Shown here: one piece after another, positions 13,096-25,324 of the stretch
How the letters are laid out: the number at the start of each line of letters is the position of its first letter
Position numbering within the stretch: position 1 is the stretch's first letter
NCBI GenBank assembly: GCA_032718475.1
Contig: JAUCBJ010007338.1
Span: 1 to 64,000, forward strand
Source: Nemertoderma westbladi
Lineage: Eukaryota; Animalia; Xenacoelomorpha
Length of the DNA: 64,000 nucleotides
Direction: 5' to 3'
Made by a program: the position numbers and the translations under genes
The notes under the pieces: generated by a model
Database searches by the model: none
What the model was told of the DNA's origin: nothing
What the model saw: the letters and a program-made list of their open reading frames with translations, nothing else

Positions 13096-14200
13096 ACTAC
13101 TATTACTACTACTACTAGGATCGGCATGCTGCATTGCAGCTGCATTTTTAAGAATGCTGTGCCGACCTATCGACAAAATTGCACCGCCACAACTCCATAT
13201 CACCCATGGCATTTCCTAGATCATCCGCATCTTTAAGGCCAGTGTCCTTTAAGATGCGTCTCAAGAAAGTCATGGGCTGTCCACCACGCTTATTCACTCC
13301 ATGAGGCTGCCAAAGTACAAGATTATGCACTGGATGGTCCTGACGGCGAAAGCAATGTCCTGCAAAGCGGAGGCGATTTTGTTCTAGTGTCAAGCTTGGG
13401 GGAACCAATGAGACACCTCCAATGTTCTATAGTGTCTGGTTGGAGATGTGTGCATTGTACTTGACACAATGAACCCGGCGTAGCATTCTTGTGAATGTGC
13501 CATCCAGAGATTTGGTGTACTCAGCAGTTAGAGCCCAGCATGGACTCCCATAGAGGAGTACTGGAACTACTGCTGCTCTAAATAATCGGACCTTAAGTTT
13601 CCGATTAATTCTCGGTGACTTCCAAATCCAGGAAAGCCTATTCAAGGCTGCCCATGCCTTTCCCTTACGTATTCGAAGGTCCTCACCTGACTTCCGGATC
13701 CATGATCCCAGGTAACAGAAGTCATCCACATGCTCAAGCATACCATCTTTTGAGCTTATGCTCATCCGATCAGAGACTTGCTGAGGACTTTCAAAGTTAA
13801 CTGTCAAAATTTTGGTCTTTCTGGAGTTAATAAAAAGACCAACACTAGAAGCAGCATGTTCTAATGAGCTGAGGAGCCGTTGGGCTCCCTCTAGTGATTC
13901 TGAGAGTACTCCTAAGTCATCAGCAAAGTCTAGATCAGTTAGGTACTTGGCAGGATTTCCTCGACTTCTGGAGCCAGTAGGTGGAGTTATCATCACCCCA
14001 TCATCATTATGATGATCTAAGGACATGCGTAGAACATAGTCAACAACAATTATGAACAAGAATGGTGCAAGTGTGTCTCCCTGGAGGACGTCCCATAACA
14101 CTTCAAATGGTTCTGTGTCACCGTCAACAGTAGACACAAATGTTGTCGAACCATCGTATACTGATCTGATTGCTGCAATAATTTCATCAGGAATCCCATT
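13096..14200 (-). mobile_element. 5'-truncated RTE-like non-LTR retrotransposon (RT C-terminal part plus 3' end with (TAG)n tail)
   Basis: VLQGDTLAPFLF, LDFADD, FCYLGS, LLYGS.CW and RLRFAGHC..R motifs. ORFs 13427-14137 and 13148-13408 share a frame and are separated by one stop. (TAC)n at 13095-13117 is the (TAG)n tail on the minus strand. Confidence 0.9.
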
Positions 14201-14210
14201 AATAATCCCA

Positions 14211-14720
14211 TTAGTAGGTCCGCGTAGCGAGACCTCTAGTATTCACTCCGTTTTTAGGTCCGCTTAGCGAGACCTCTAGTATTCACTCCGTTATTAGGTC
14301 CGCTTAGCGAGACCTCTAGTATTCACTCCGTTATTAGGTCCGCTTAGCGAGACTTCTAGTATTCACTCCGTTATTAGGTCCACTTGGCGAGACCTCTAGT
14401 ATTCACTCCGTTATTAGGTCCGCTTGGCGAGACCTCTAGTATTCACTCAGTTAGTAGGTCCGCGTAGCGAGACCTCTAATATTCACTCCGTTTTTAAGTC
14501 CGCTTAGCGAGACCTCTAGTATTCACTCCGTTTTTAGGTCCGCTTAGCGAGACCTCTAGTATTCACTGAGTTAGTAGGTCCGCGTAGCGAGACCTCTTAG
14601 TATTCACTCCGTTTTTGGGTCCACTTGGCGAGACCTCTAGTATTCACTCCATTATTAGGTCCGCTTAGCGAGACCTCTAGTATTCACTCCGTTTTTAGGT
14701 CCGCGTAGCGAGACCTCTAC
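14211..14720. repeat. 40-bp tandem array, right part (same unit as 12897-13095)
   Basis: About 12-13 further units resume after the LINE 5' end. Confidence 0.93.
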
Positions 14721-14950
14721 TGTAGTATCCACCCCGTTGTTGTTTTTGTTAATTTCCAGTTAGGTTTTATAAGGCTTCGTACGGCACAGGGTCGAAATTG
14801 GTAGAACGTTGGACTTGGAATCTCTAGGTACCGAGTTCAATCCCTCTTTCGGGTTTCCGGTGAATTTAATTGGTACAGTAGTCAGCCATTCAGGGAAGAG
14901 ACAGTTCATGCTTTAGTACTGTAGCCGCGTATCTTTGCACGAATTCGCTC
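14698..14950 (+). mobile_element. Dispersed element with internal tRNA-like module (copy 1); its first ~40 bp is the unit of the adjacent array
   Basis: TGGTAGAACGTTGGACTTGGAATCTCTAGGTACCGAGTTCAATCCC (A/B-box-like), then GAGACAGTTCATGC..TAGTA; homologues at 55027-55275 (+) and 59350-59606 (-). Confidence 0.7.
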
Positions 14951-15735
14951 TTGTTTTAAGAGTGTGGTCCTTCAGTTAACTACTGTAATTATTTACTCTG
15001 ACTACAGTATTTCGGCAAAAGGATGATGGAGAATCTGATTCAGGCATTCATTAAATTATAATGTTACTTTCATTAATTTTTTTTATATTTAGGTGTGTTT
15101 TAATATTTTACTGTCAATACTGTCAGTTTACAAATGCTTCACTTACTATGACACGTTGCTGGTGGCTCGCGTAAATACAGTATCATTGTGAATTAATATG
15201 ATATGTAAATACGCTCGTTAGAAGGCCCTAAAGAAATTCATACATTTAGCATCAATTCAATAATTTAATACGAGTGATATTATTCATAGTTTTAAATGAT
15301 TTTTGCCATTAACGAAACTACGTTAATGAGACATAAATTTTGTCTCATAAAGTTTGTACCTATTTAGGTCACGTAGATGAGTAGTGGTAAACTTTGGCGT
15401 CAACGGCGTTCCATTTGAATTTGTTTAACCGATAATTATTGCAGTAGGGTCAACAGCTGAACACATGAATATCGCTCAAGGAACCACTGACAGACTGAAC
15501 CAGTCTAGTCTACCAGCTGACCAATAGGTACGGTACCGGTACGCGGTACCCCCTGCCATAGTGCCATTCCTGCGATACCATACTGCTGTACTGCCATACC
15601 ATAACCAATACAATATCTGAATTATAGCTGTATACAGGTATAGTGTATTAGTGCCGGTCTGCCGGTATAAACAATATCATTAATCAGGCCAGCTGACCTT
15701 GACCCCAATGCCCAACACCCAACGCCGACAGTGCA

Positions 15736-15945
15736 ATGCCTAACAACAAAAAGGGTCATAAGAAGAATAAGGAAACACGCGACCCGTACAGCGCAGAAGA
15801 ACGTCTCCAGGCCTTAAAGAAGGATGACTTCGCCGCCACGCTGAAACATTTAAAGATTAGCGCGGAGATTGAAGGAAATGATGAATTGATGCGATATGTT
15901 GAAACGCAACAACTCGTCTCAAAGCTGGCGGATCTCTCGACCGCG
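15736..15945 (+). CDS. Ankyrin-repeat/MYND-finger protein, exon 1
   Basis: ATG 15736, 210 nt to a canonical GCG|GTAAGT donor (phase 0); joins exon 2 in frame. Confidence 0.65.
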
Positions 15946-16117
15946 GTAAGTACTGAAGTATCTGGCTTCATTTTACATTCATCTGTCAGTCTGTTCATCA
16001 GGATTATATTTCTCTCTGGCAGTCTGGACAGCTAGACGGGCCGTGGGCCGTGGCGGGAGCCCGGTCAGCCGGTGTAATTGTCAGTTGGCAGGTTGGCATT
16101 TGTCCCGCCGCGCCGCC

Positions 16118-16351
16118 GGTTATCGTTCATATGCGTACCTCTGGCAAAAGAAGCAGGTTACAGTGGTGGTGTTTTCTAACCAAAACAATAAACTAATCTC
16201 CATTACTTAATTAACGGAAAGGAGCAGGTTACAGTGGTGGGCTTTTCTAACCAAAACAATAAACAATATCTCAATAACATAGGGTATTTCATACTTATAG
16301 TCTTATTTTTGCAATACGAAAATACCAGAGGTACGCATATGAACTGTAACT
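16118..16351. mobile_element. MITE (234 bp) with ~27-bp TIRs and 8-bp TSD GCGCCGCC, in intron 1 of the ankyrin/MYND gene
   Basis: GGTTATCGTTCATATGCGTACCTCTGG...CCAGAGGTACGCATATGAACTGTAACT, with GCGCCGCC at 16110-16117 and 16352-16359. Two internal GCAGGTTACAGTGGTG..TTTTCTAACCAAAACAATAAAC modules. Confidence 0.8.
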
Positions 16352-16859
16352 GCGCCGCCGGTCAGCCGTTAGGCCTGTAAACCACACGAGATACCAGACA
16401 GTCAGACAGCCAAGATCGAATGTAAAATTATAGCCTAATGTAAAATGCAGTGCTGGGGGTGTCGTTATAATGCAGTGGTGCCTTAAATATCTACATTTAC
16501 ACTACTATATGTTCGGTTAGGTGCAGGCCAGAAAGTTATGGGCTATCATATGCTTCGTATACAACTGTTTCCTGGTCATTGTTAATAGTCTGATATCCAT
16601 ACTGAAGGTTAGTAACAGAATGAGGAAGTCTTAAATACGTAATATATTACTTTAGAGTGCTAAGGCTACTATCATATGTCAGTGAGAAACGTTAATTAAT
16701 TACCATGTATCCATTGTAGGTAGGCCTAATTAATTAATGTGCAATTAATACCACATGTACTCGTACTGTTACTGTACTCGCAACGTAAAGTTTATGTACC
16801 GGACTTTATTGGGAGAAGGTTCACACGAATACGCGTTGTGTGTCATATGTTGGAACCAA

Positions 16860-17455
16860 GGCAATCAGTCAGTACTGCGGAGGTTTAGGTGAATCTGATC
16901 ACCTCAATGATTGAAGGCCCAATTTGAGAAGCTCTTAAACAATTACAGAATACCTTCTGTTAACTCTGTGATACATCCTGTACCTTAGTCATAACTCAAA
17001 CATATAGTGCTGGTGTTGTTATTTTTGTTAACTCGAAGAAGACCAAACAAAATTGCAATTGTTAACATCGGCGGTCCACAGGAAAGGTCTGACCGTAACA
17101 ACATGAGTATGTGAATGACATTTGCTACCTTAAAAACTATGACATTGGCATCATTAAATAGTCTGTCAAGGATGGAAGTTACATAGAATATATAGGAATC
17201 TTAAGGTTCTATTATTTAGAGCAGCAGTAGAACCCGTGCTCCTTTATGGGAGTCATGCTGGGCTATGCCTGCTGAGGTCACTAACTATCTGGATTCTATA
17301 CACAGACAAGAATGCAACGCCGGATTCATTGTTTGGAGTACAATTGACACATCTCCAACCAATGTCTCATTATTAATTCCCCAAAGCTAAACACTTGAAC
17401 GAAACCGGCCCCGCTTCGCAGGAAATTATATTGCTTCAGCCGTGAGGAACACCCA
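16860..17455 (+). mobile_element. Highly decayed RTE-like LINE fragment, intronic
   Basis: TTAACTCGAAGAAGACCAAA, TTATTTAGAGCAGCAGTAG..CC.GT.CTCCT.TATGGGAGTC and CGCTTCGCAGGA align by eye to the reverse complement of the 13.1-14.2 kb LINE; no intact ORF. Confidence 0.7.
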
Positions 17456-17611
17456 GTGCTTGATGTGTGCGTTGTTGTCAATTCATTTACTATTAGTAAT
17501 AGTCTTCTTTGTCATGGGTTTGATTTAGTCTTCTTTGGAAGAGTAACTCATTTATATTTTTAATTTATTAATAATTAATAATTGATAATTTTTAACTTTT
17601 AACTTTTTCAG

Positions 17612-17726
17612 GGAGATTGTTTCAAACGAACTATTGGCGCGCACCAAGGGGAATCAGATTGCTATGGGAACGGGGACCAATCGCCTTTGAGTGGTTACAA
17701 CGCACAGTTCTTGCGACACAAATGGA
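17612..17726 (+). CDS. Ankyrin-repeat/MYND-finger protein, exon 2
   Basis: Acceptor TTTTTCAG| at 17611, open frame GDCFKRTIGAHQGESDCYGNGDQSPLSGYNAQFLRHKW, donor A|GTGAGT (phase 1) compatible with exon 3. Confidence 0.65.
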
Positions 17727-18007
17727 GTGAGTTAAAAGTGTTTTTTAACCTTTAAAACCAATAATTATCTGTATATTTTTAAGTAATATTACACTTTCTT
17801 TCAGGTTTTACAAGTTTTGCTATAAATTCCTCGTATATAACTTTAAGCATTATGAAATGATAGTTGAAAAAATGTAGTTTTATGAATTGGATTATTTTAG
17901 TGAAAATGTTATCACTGAATTTGACCAAATCACATTGACATGATCAAATTATTTCAAAGTTATTAGTTTTTCAGAGTCCGCGGTCCACAGTAGTCTATAT
18001 CCCATAG

Positions 18008-19152
18008 GTTGCGGCGGTGACTACAACCCCCTGGCGTTCCGAATGTCAGACTGGAGTCGCTACTGCTACAAAGGCGAGTTGGAAGGAGTGAAACGGGAGG
18101 TGGAGAGAAACCCAAAGATTATAGACTACCGGGAGTCGGTACTGCGGATGTGCGGGTTGCTGCACGTGGTAGCGGGATCGCGAGCTACGTCGAGCAGTTA
18201 CCCGGAGAACGGACGCTTCGAGCCGACAGAGACCGCAGATCATCTGGCCTGTCTGCGGTACCTGATAGAGCGCGGTGCGGATGTAGGCTGTCGGGACTTC
18301 GCCGGATACACGCCGCTGCATCACTGCCTCACCTCCGTCGGTAACGACTTGTCCTTCCGATTAGCGGAACATCTGTTATCCGTCGGAGCGGACCCCAACG
18401 CGGTGAACCGGTTCGGTTGTTCGCCTCTGTTCGAGTGCGTCATGAGTAGCAACGTTAAGTTCATCGAGTTCCTCCTCGACAACGGTGCGCGGGTCGATAT
18501 GCACGACAACGACGGATGTTTCCTCGGGAGTATGTCGCGGATCTACCCGGTTATAGATCGGTTGTTCAGCGAGTCGTTGGCTCGGGAGGGTCGCGCCAAG
18601 CGGATGGACGCCAAGGCGAGCGGGAGACACCGCGCGTGTCGTAGATGCGGCGTCGCGCGGGACTGTAAGCGGTGCGCCGGCTGCTACGTGGTCTGGTACT
18701 GCGGGGGCGGGTGCCAAAAGGCCGATTGGAAGTCGCATAAACCGGAGTGCAAGACCACCCAGGGGCAGTACAGACGGGTCACATTCGATCGGACGATCTC
18801 CAGGGGAACCCCCATCGTCAACCACCGGGGTCAACGACACAACCGGGTTGATAAGGACGCCCCGGTAACTAAGAAGCATTGCATCGTAAAGATCCAGATA
18901 CCATTGAATACCATGAATAATCTAGAACTTCCACTCGCTCGCACAGAAGGTCCCAACCACCTCCTGGTCTACGACAAGGAACGCAATGTCTCGGGGTTCA
19001 TCCCAGAAAGCGATCCCAACTACCTCGATATAGTGAATGCCGTTAAGGATAAGGGCGTTGGGAAGGTTAAGGGCTACTTCTATGCGATAGTCGAAGGAGA
19101 GAACGATATCAGGGTAAATATCGCCAATATCCAGCCTCCCGAAGATTTCTAA
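18008..19152 (+). CDS. Ankyrin-repeat/MYND-finger protein, exon 3
   Basis: Acceptor CCCATAG| at 18007, in frame with ORF 18043-19152. Ankyrin motifs (GYTPLHHC, GADPNAVNRFGCSPLF, LLDNGA) and a MYND finger (CRRC..CKRCAGC..WYCGGGCQKADWKSHKPEC). Confidence 0.88.
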
Positions 19153-20035
19153 ACAGTTTATTTCGTGGTGCTACGTGTTTATGTAAAATTATCGATTAAT
19201 CGAATTATTAATATTCGCGAATTATGCAATTATAATTAATACTATGTAACTTTATTAAACATCATGGAGGAATGTAAGTAGTGAGACTATAATGTAATAT
19301 TGTTGTGGTGCTGATAATGCAGGTCCTGGGAGGGTGGGGTGGGATTGCACAAATCCAATCCCTACAAATTATGCCGTCTTAACAAATTATATCAATTAAG
19401 GTAAAGGAGCAAGCAGGTTCAGTGACATCCTAACCAAAACAATAAACGAAAGTCTCTAGCACAGGTTACTGTTTATTTTTTGCTCTCCATCAGCTGTTAT
19501 TTGTATCTATTTACCTAAGGAGAACCTCTCATGTTAATGTTTTTCTATAACTCTTTTTAGTAACAATCTATATTACTAATTGATTTATTGCCATCACTAT
19601 TTGTGGGGGAATCTCTTTCACTCGATTAGCGAGATCTTCGCCTTTTCATAGGAAACTCTTGACCCTATGACGATTCAACCGTCCCGGTAAATCGGCGCTA
19701 ATAACTGCTGATTACGAGCAGAAATTAAACCGTAACGTGTTAATTTCCCTTAAAAGAATAAAATTAAGGTAGTTAAATCGCGGATATGAATTCTCTGGGA
19801 TTGGGTTTGTCTTTCCAACTGGATCAGGTGACCCAGTTGAGATTGCCAAAGTCAACAACGACAACTAATTATTGAAGTTTATAAATCTGTTTATAATCTT
19901 AAATTACTTAAATACTTAATAATTTGCAAGTTAGTGTGTTATTACTGTAATTATAGGTTGTACAACTATTATAGTACTGTAGTAGACGGGTGAGTGGCAG
20001 GTAAATGTAAATAAGTGTGCAATAATGGCCCGCAG

Positions 20036-20629
20036 CCGTAATATAATGTAATAATGGACACCATGACCCGTAATATAATGTAATAATGGACACCATGACC
20101 CGTAATATAATGTAATAATGTGGACACCATGACCCGTAATATAATGTAATAATGGACACCATGACCCGTAATATAATGTAATAATGTGGACACCATGACC
20201 CGTAATATAATGTAATAATGGACACCATGACCCGTAATATAATGTAATAATGGACACCATGACCCGTAATATAATGTAATAATGGACACCATGACCATGT
20301 AATATAATGTAATAATGGACACCATGACCCGTAATATAATGTAATAATGGACACCATGACCCGTAATATAGTGTAATAATGGACACCATGACCCATAATA
20401 TAATGTAATAATGGACACCATGACCCGTAATATAATGTAATAATGTGGACACCATGACCCGTAATATAATGTAATAATGGACACCATGACCCGTAATATA
20501 ATGTAATAATGGACACCATGACCCGTAATATAATGTAATAATGGACACCATGACCCGTAATATAATGTAATAATGGACACCATGACTCGTAATATAATGT
20601 AATAATGGACACGATGACCCGTAATATAA
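20036..20629. repeat. 32-bp minisatellite (CCCGTAATATAATGTAATAATGGACACCATGA), ~18 copies
   Basis: Direct 32-bp periodicity with occasional 34-bp variants. Confidence 0.95.
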
Positions 20630-20967
20630 GTGTAACTTTTTCTGATGACACGGAATCTTTATCATATTCCAACAACTAGTTCAACTCACCGCCTTTGTTA
20701 ATGAAACTGGAATTTTCGATTTTGCCTTTAAATTGTTTTTTTATATAATTGTTTTGATAAATATTATTTTGCTGATTAATACTTCTTGCAATCTTTGAAC
20801 GCCTATATCTCAGCTGTTTCGGTTACTAATAATGATACGGTTACTACATAGATTACTATTACGGGTGATGGGATGGTGTATAATAGGTTAAGTTTAGTAG
20901 CTAGATGATATTTTATATTTTGTGCTAACGGTTACCTAAATAAAGATATGAGCGTACGTTGTCAGTG

Positions 20968-21997
20968 TGTACTGTACTATACTGTACTGTACACTGTACT
21001 GTACTGTACACTGTACTGTACTGTACACTGTACTGTAATGTACACTGTACTGTACTGTACACTGTACTGTACTGTACACTAGTACACTAGTACACTGTAC
21101 TGTACTGTACACTGTACTGTACTGTACACTGTACTGTACTGTACTGTACACTGTACTGTACACTGTACTGTAATGTACACTGTACTGTACTGTACACTGT
21201 ACTGTACTGTACACTAGTACACTGTACTGTACTGTACTGTACTGTACACTGTACTGTACTGTACTGTACTGTACTGTACTGTACACTGTACTGTACACTG
21301 TACTGTACACTGTACTGTACTGTACACTGTACTGTACTGTACACTGTACTGTACTGTACACTGTACTGTACTGTACACTGTACTGTACTGTACACTGTAC
21401 TGTACTGTACTGTACACTGTACTGTACACTGTACTGTACTGTACACTGTACTGTAATGTACACTGTACTGTACTTTACACTGTACTGTACTGTACACTAG
21501 TACACTGTACTGTACTGTACACTGTACTGTACTGTACTGTACTGTACTGTACTGTACTGTACTGTACACTGTACTGTAATGTACACTGTACTGTACACTG
21601 TACTGTACTGTACTGTACACTGTACTGTACTGTACTGTACACTGTACTGTACTGTACACTGTACTGTACTGTACACTGTACTGTACTGTACACTGTACTG
21701 TACTGTACTGTACTGTACTGTACTGTACACTGTACTGTACTGTACTGTACACTGTACTGTACTGTACACTGTACTACACTGTACACTGTACTACACTGTA
21801 CTGTACTGTACTGTACACTGTACTGTACTGTACTGTACTGTACACTGTACTGTACACTGTACTGTACTGTACACTGTACTGTAATGTACACTGTACTGTA
21901 CTGTACACTGTACTGTACTGTACACTAGTACACTGTACTGTACTGTACACTGTACTGTACTGTACTGTACTGTACTATACTGTATTGTACTGTACAC
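20968..21997. repeat. Compound microsatellite of (CTGTA)n interspersed with CA (ACTGTAC/TACACTG)
   Basis: About 1 kb of mixed 5- and 7-bp units; source of the YSTVQ pseudo-ORFs. Confidence 0.95.
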
Positions 21998-24559
21998 TTA
22001 CACCATCATCGTTAAAGCTATTAATCCTATGCAACTGTTGTGCCTGATTAACTGTTGTTCTACAATTATGTGTTTATTAATGTGCAATAATTAATTTCTG
22101 TACTCCCTACGGTAACGGTAGGCCTAATACTTAATCGGTTGAAAACACAAATAGTTCCTGGGGGTTTGTTCACCATCTTTACACATTGCTAAAAGTTGGA
22201 CCAACGTTTTTTGCGTTGTGGTGGGGTTGGGTTTGGTTTTCACGTTATAATTTCCACATCTATTTAACTTGAGTTTCAAACCATTTATTGTAAGAATTTA
22301 CCCGTATTACTTCGCTAAAACGTAATAAACTTCAAATAAAATACATGTTCAAAAATATTACCACGGGCCGTAATTAATTGACTTTGTTTGATTGTCCGTC
22401 CATACTATAAACTAGAACATTCTGAATATTAAAATTACAATTCTGTGTTTTCATAAATCCCTTAAAACACCATTCTGGTCTAATTTATGCAGAACTATGT
22501 ATGTTAGAAGGTATAAGTTGTATTAGTTTTGTAGTTAATTGTTTATTTGGTTTATAATATTCGTGCGTTAAGGTAACATAATACAAGATTAAATATATGT
22601 AGGTGTTGTAATATCGTTAGTTCTAAATAATTTATTTTATTTCAAGCTGGGCCTGCTCTTCTATAATATTTTTTTTATATGCCCTGCTGCCGTGCAATGT
22701 GAAAAGACCACAAGTCGCATTTTTCCGAATTTCACTTTTTCTGGATCTAAAAAATGCGCTTTATCTAATGGTATAACCGAGAAGACCGTATCTACTCTAG
22801 TTCTCGAGATATTCAATGCAAAACGGGGCCGTAAGTCACAACATATGTATTATGCAAAAAAACCGTGTGTCAACACAACAAGACTTACGAAGTTTTTTGT
22901 CATTGCATGGATTTAAGAAAACGCACATATACGGTTTTATTGAAATTTGTGCCTTTTGGCTTAAGGTTTTTTACTATTAGCAGAAAAGGCGCGAAATTCA
23001 AAATTGAAATTTCACCAAGTGCCTGGCAGTATTTTATCATCATATGTCCATCGAATAAAGCAGAATTTAATGATGATTTCAAATCTGAAAATGGCGTGAC
23101 GAGATCTGTTGTATGCATTTCTATTAATTATCTGAAGAAACCCTGATGGGAGCAAGCTTGTAACATCTGTTGTTATTCATTTCATTAGTTACCTGAGGTC
23201 AACCCATCCTACCGTAACTGTTTAATATGATAATTCCTTCTTAGGTGCTTTAAGCGAGGTCGCTTTCCCTTTTCGAGTTGTCACTCTCCATGTCTACCGG
23301 TCTGACCGTCAAAATGTAAGTTTAAACAGACAGCCAGACCAATAATCAGACAGACTAGATTCTACCGAACATAAAAATTGACATCTAAAACCAAACACCA
23401 TAATGAATATTATAGCTCTGTGGTGTGCTTCCTTCATTACATTTATTAACCAACCAGACCACAGACAGATAGTTTGGTGCGGGAAGATTTAAACTTTGAA
23501 GACAATTTTCTCGGATTGAAATTTTTTCACGCAAAAGCTCTAAACTTAGTAATTTTCGCTTGGTAATGGTAACTTGGTAATGTTTATGCAACCACTTTCA
23601 TGTTATTTACAAAATAAAAATCGCAAGGGGGGGGGGGGGGGGGGGGGCTTGCCCCACTTAATTTAATGCATTATTAAATTTACACAATACACCGTAACTG
23701 ACAGACTTACGGTGTTTTGTCATTGTGACATTTTTTTTCATTGTGCCGAATTCATTTACATACTGGTTACAGGCCATACAATGCAAAAGCACTGTAAGTA
23801 TAAAAAAACAACCTGAAGTCAAAATATTAAAAATAATCACGTAGAAAATTCCCCACCCCCATTTGCGTCTCAAGGCAAACAGTAATTTGAGTTTTACTTG
23901 AAATGACTTTTTTTGACTTACCGTCTTTTTACATTGCATGGCAGCCTCGTGGGATGGGTTTAGTTCTTGGGTGAGAGACCCCCATCAAGGGGCGCACATC
24001 ACCGCATCATGTCGATGTCACAACAAAATTATTTAGACAGACAACTCGTTACTGGCACCCATATGCTAAGGCTTCACTCATTTCGTGGCTCGCCCCACAA
24101 GCAAGATATATTAATAAAATGTTATATTTTGTATATTTCAATGTTGTGATGTTCCAAGGCGTTCTAAACTACAGTGGATAGAATGTCTTGGGATATTTTA
24201 TTGATCCACATTTGAGGAAGTAACATAAAATCGTCATCTACAGTAATATAGTAAAGCGCTGTATCATTCCTGCATTTATCACCATTTTTGCTTAGGCAAG
24301 GCCTATACAAACTTAGAAACACCATAGGATACCAGTTACATAATGCCTTGCCATGAATGTATGAATGGGTGTGTTGGTTTGTAGATTATACAAACGGGGT
24401 CACATAAGGTTATGTAGAATAACATAATAATATGCATTACTTAACAAACCAGCAATTACTGTATTATTATTGTTAAACAAATAATTAGAAACCATTCGGT
24501 TGAATTTTGTGAACCAAAAGTGAACATCTCGTGACATTTAAACACGTTGAAACACGTAA

Positions 24560-25324
24560 ATGATGCAATTGCTTCATTTTTCTCCGGATACTTACCGTTT
24601 ACAAATGTTCATTATTATTTGTGTTCTCTATGTGTCATTTAACTTATCAGCTGCTCAGAACATCAACACAACTTCCCAGAACGTCAACGCAACTTCGCAG
24701 AAATTCGCATGCCCAATGGGTGCGAATTGGAGAGTGTCCTCTAAAAATAACCAGTTGCAAGATATAACAAGTAGGAGGCTCGATAAGTTTCTTGAAGCTA
24801 ATGATATCTTTGAATCAGAGAAAGTAGATGGGGATTACTGCGTTCAGTGTGGAGTGATATCGCTCTACTTCACCGCATACTCAGATGAATTCAATGACGA
24901 TGTAACCTTTGAGGCACAAGAGAAACATTGCTTCACGGAAGAAGTACGGGGCCATTGCCTACCAGCCAGCGAAGAAGGGTGTATATACCTGTGGACAGTT
25001 GTCCTTCCAGATTCTGATCCAGCTGAATTTGATGATAACAACATCAATGACTTCCATATCCGTCTCTTTGGTTATCTCTCCTATTTCAATTACCTTCAGC
25101 TTACACTTCCAATAACGTACATGACTTGCCAGTCACAGTGTTGTGACACTGGAGTGTGCCCCGCTGTCGTGTGGAAACATGATATGAGCACCATGGCAGC
25201 ACCGCCAACCGAAACAACACCCATATCGGTCACCGCCATGGAAAGCGGTTCAGGTAATTTCAATCAACCGGCAAAGATCCTCGCGGCAGGGATTATCATT
25301 GCTATAGTTGTGACTCGAATATAA
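24560..25324 (+). CDS. Single-exon Cys-rich secreted, probably GPI-anchored protein (possibly a divergent Ly6/three-finger, quiver-like fold)
   Basis: Signal-peptide-like MFIIICVLYVSFNLSAA (probable start ATG 24605), N-glycosylation sequons, spaced cysteines ending CQSQCCDTGVC, S/T/P linker, small residues SGSG, then a hydrophobic C-terminal tail. Confidence 0.65.
   Translation: MMQLLHFSPDTYRLQMFIIICVLYVSFNLSAAQNINTTSQNVNATSQKFACPMGANWRVSSKNNQLQDITSRRLDKFLEANDIFESEKVDGDYCVQCGVISLYFTAYSDEFNDDVTFEAQEKHCFTEEVRGHCLPASEEGCIYLWTVVLPDSDPAEFDDNNINDFHIRLFGYLSYFNYLQLTLPITYMTCQSQCCDTGVCPAVVWKHDMSTMAAPPTETTPISVTAMESGSGNFNQPAKILAAGIIIAIVVTRI

Larger units (their letters stand above)
12570..15197. mobile_element. 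Putative DNA-transposon derivative bounded by imperfect ~65-80-bp inverted repeats; encloses the 40-bp array, a LINE and a tRNA-like module
   Basis: Left ATTAATTCACAATGA..GCGAGCCAC..TGAAGCATTT.TAACTGACA (12570-12638) versus right TGTCAGTTTACAAATGCTTCA..GTGGCTCGC..TCATTGTGAATTAAT (15121-15197). TSD not clear. Confidence 0.55.

Noticed and set aside
14788-14850. Functional tRNA gene (also at 27728, 32517, 33044 and ~59460-59530)
   Set aside because: Acceptor and anticodon stems do not pair properly, and the sequences are embedded in dispersed repeats, so they are treated as tRNA-derived modules.
19908-21997. ORFs with YYGSWCPLLH and YSTVQ repeats
   Set aside because: Products of the 32-bp minisatellite and the CTGTA microsatellite.
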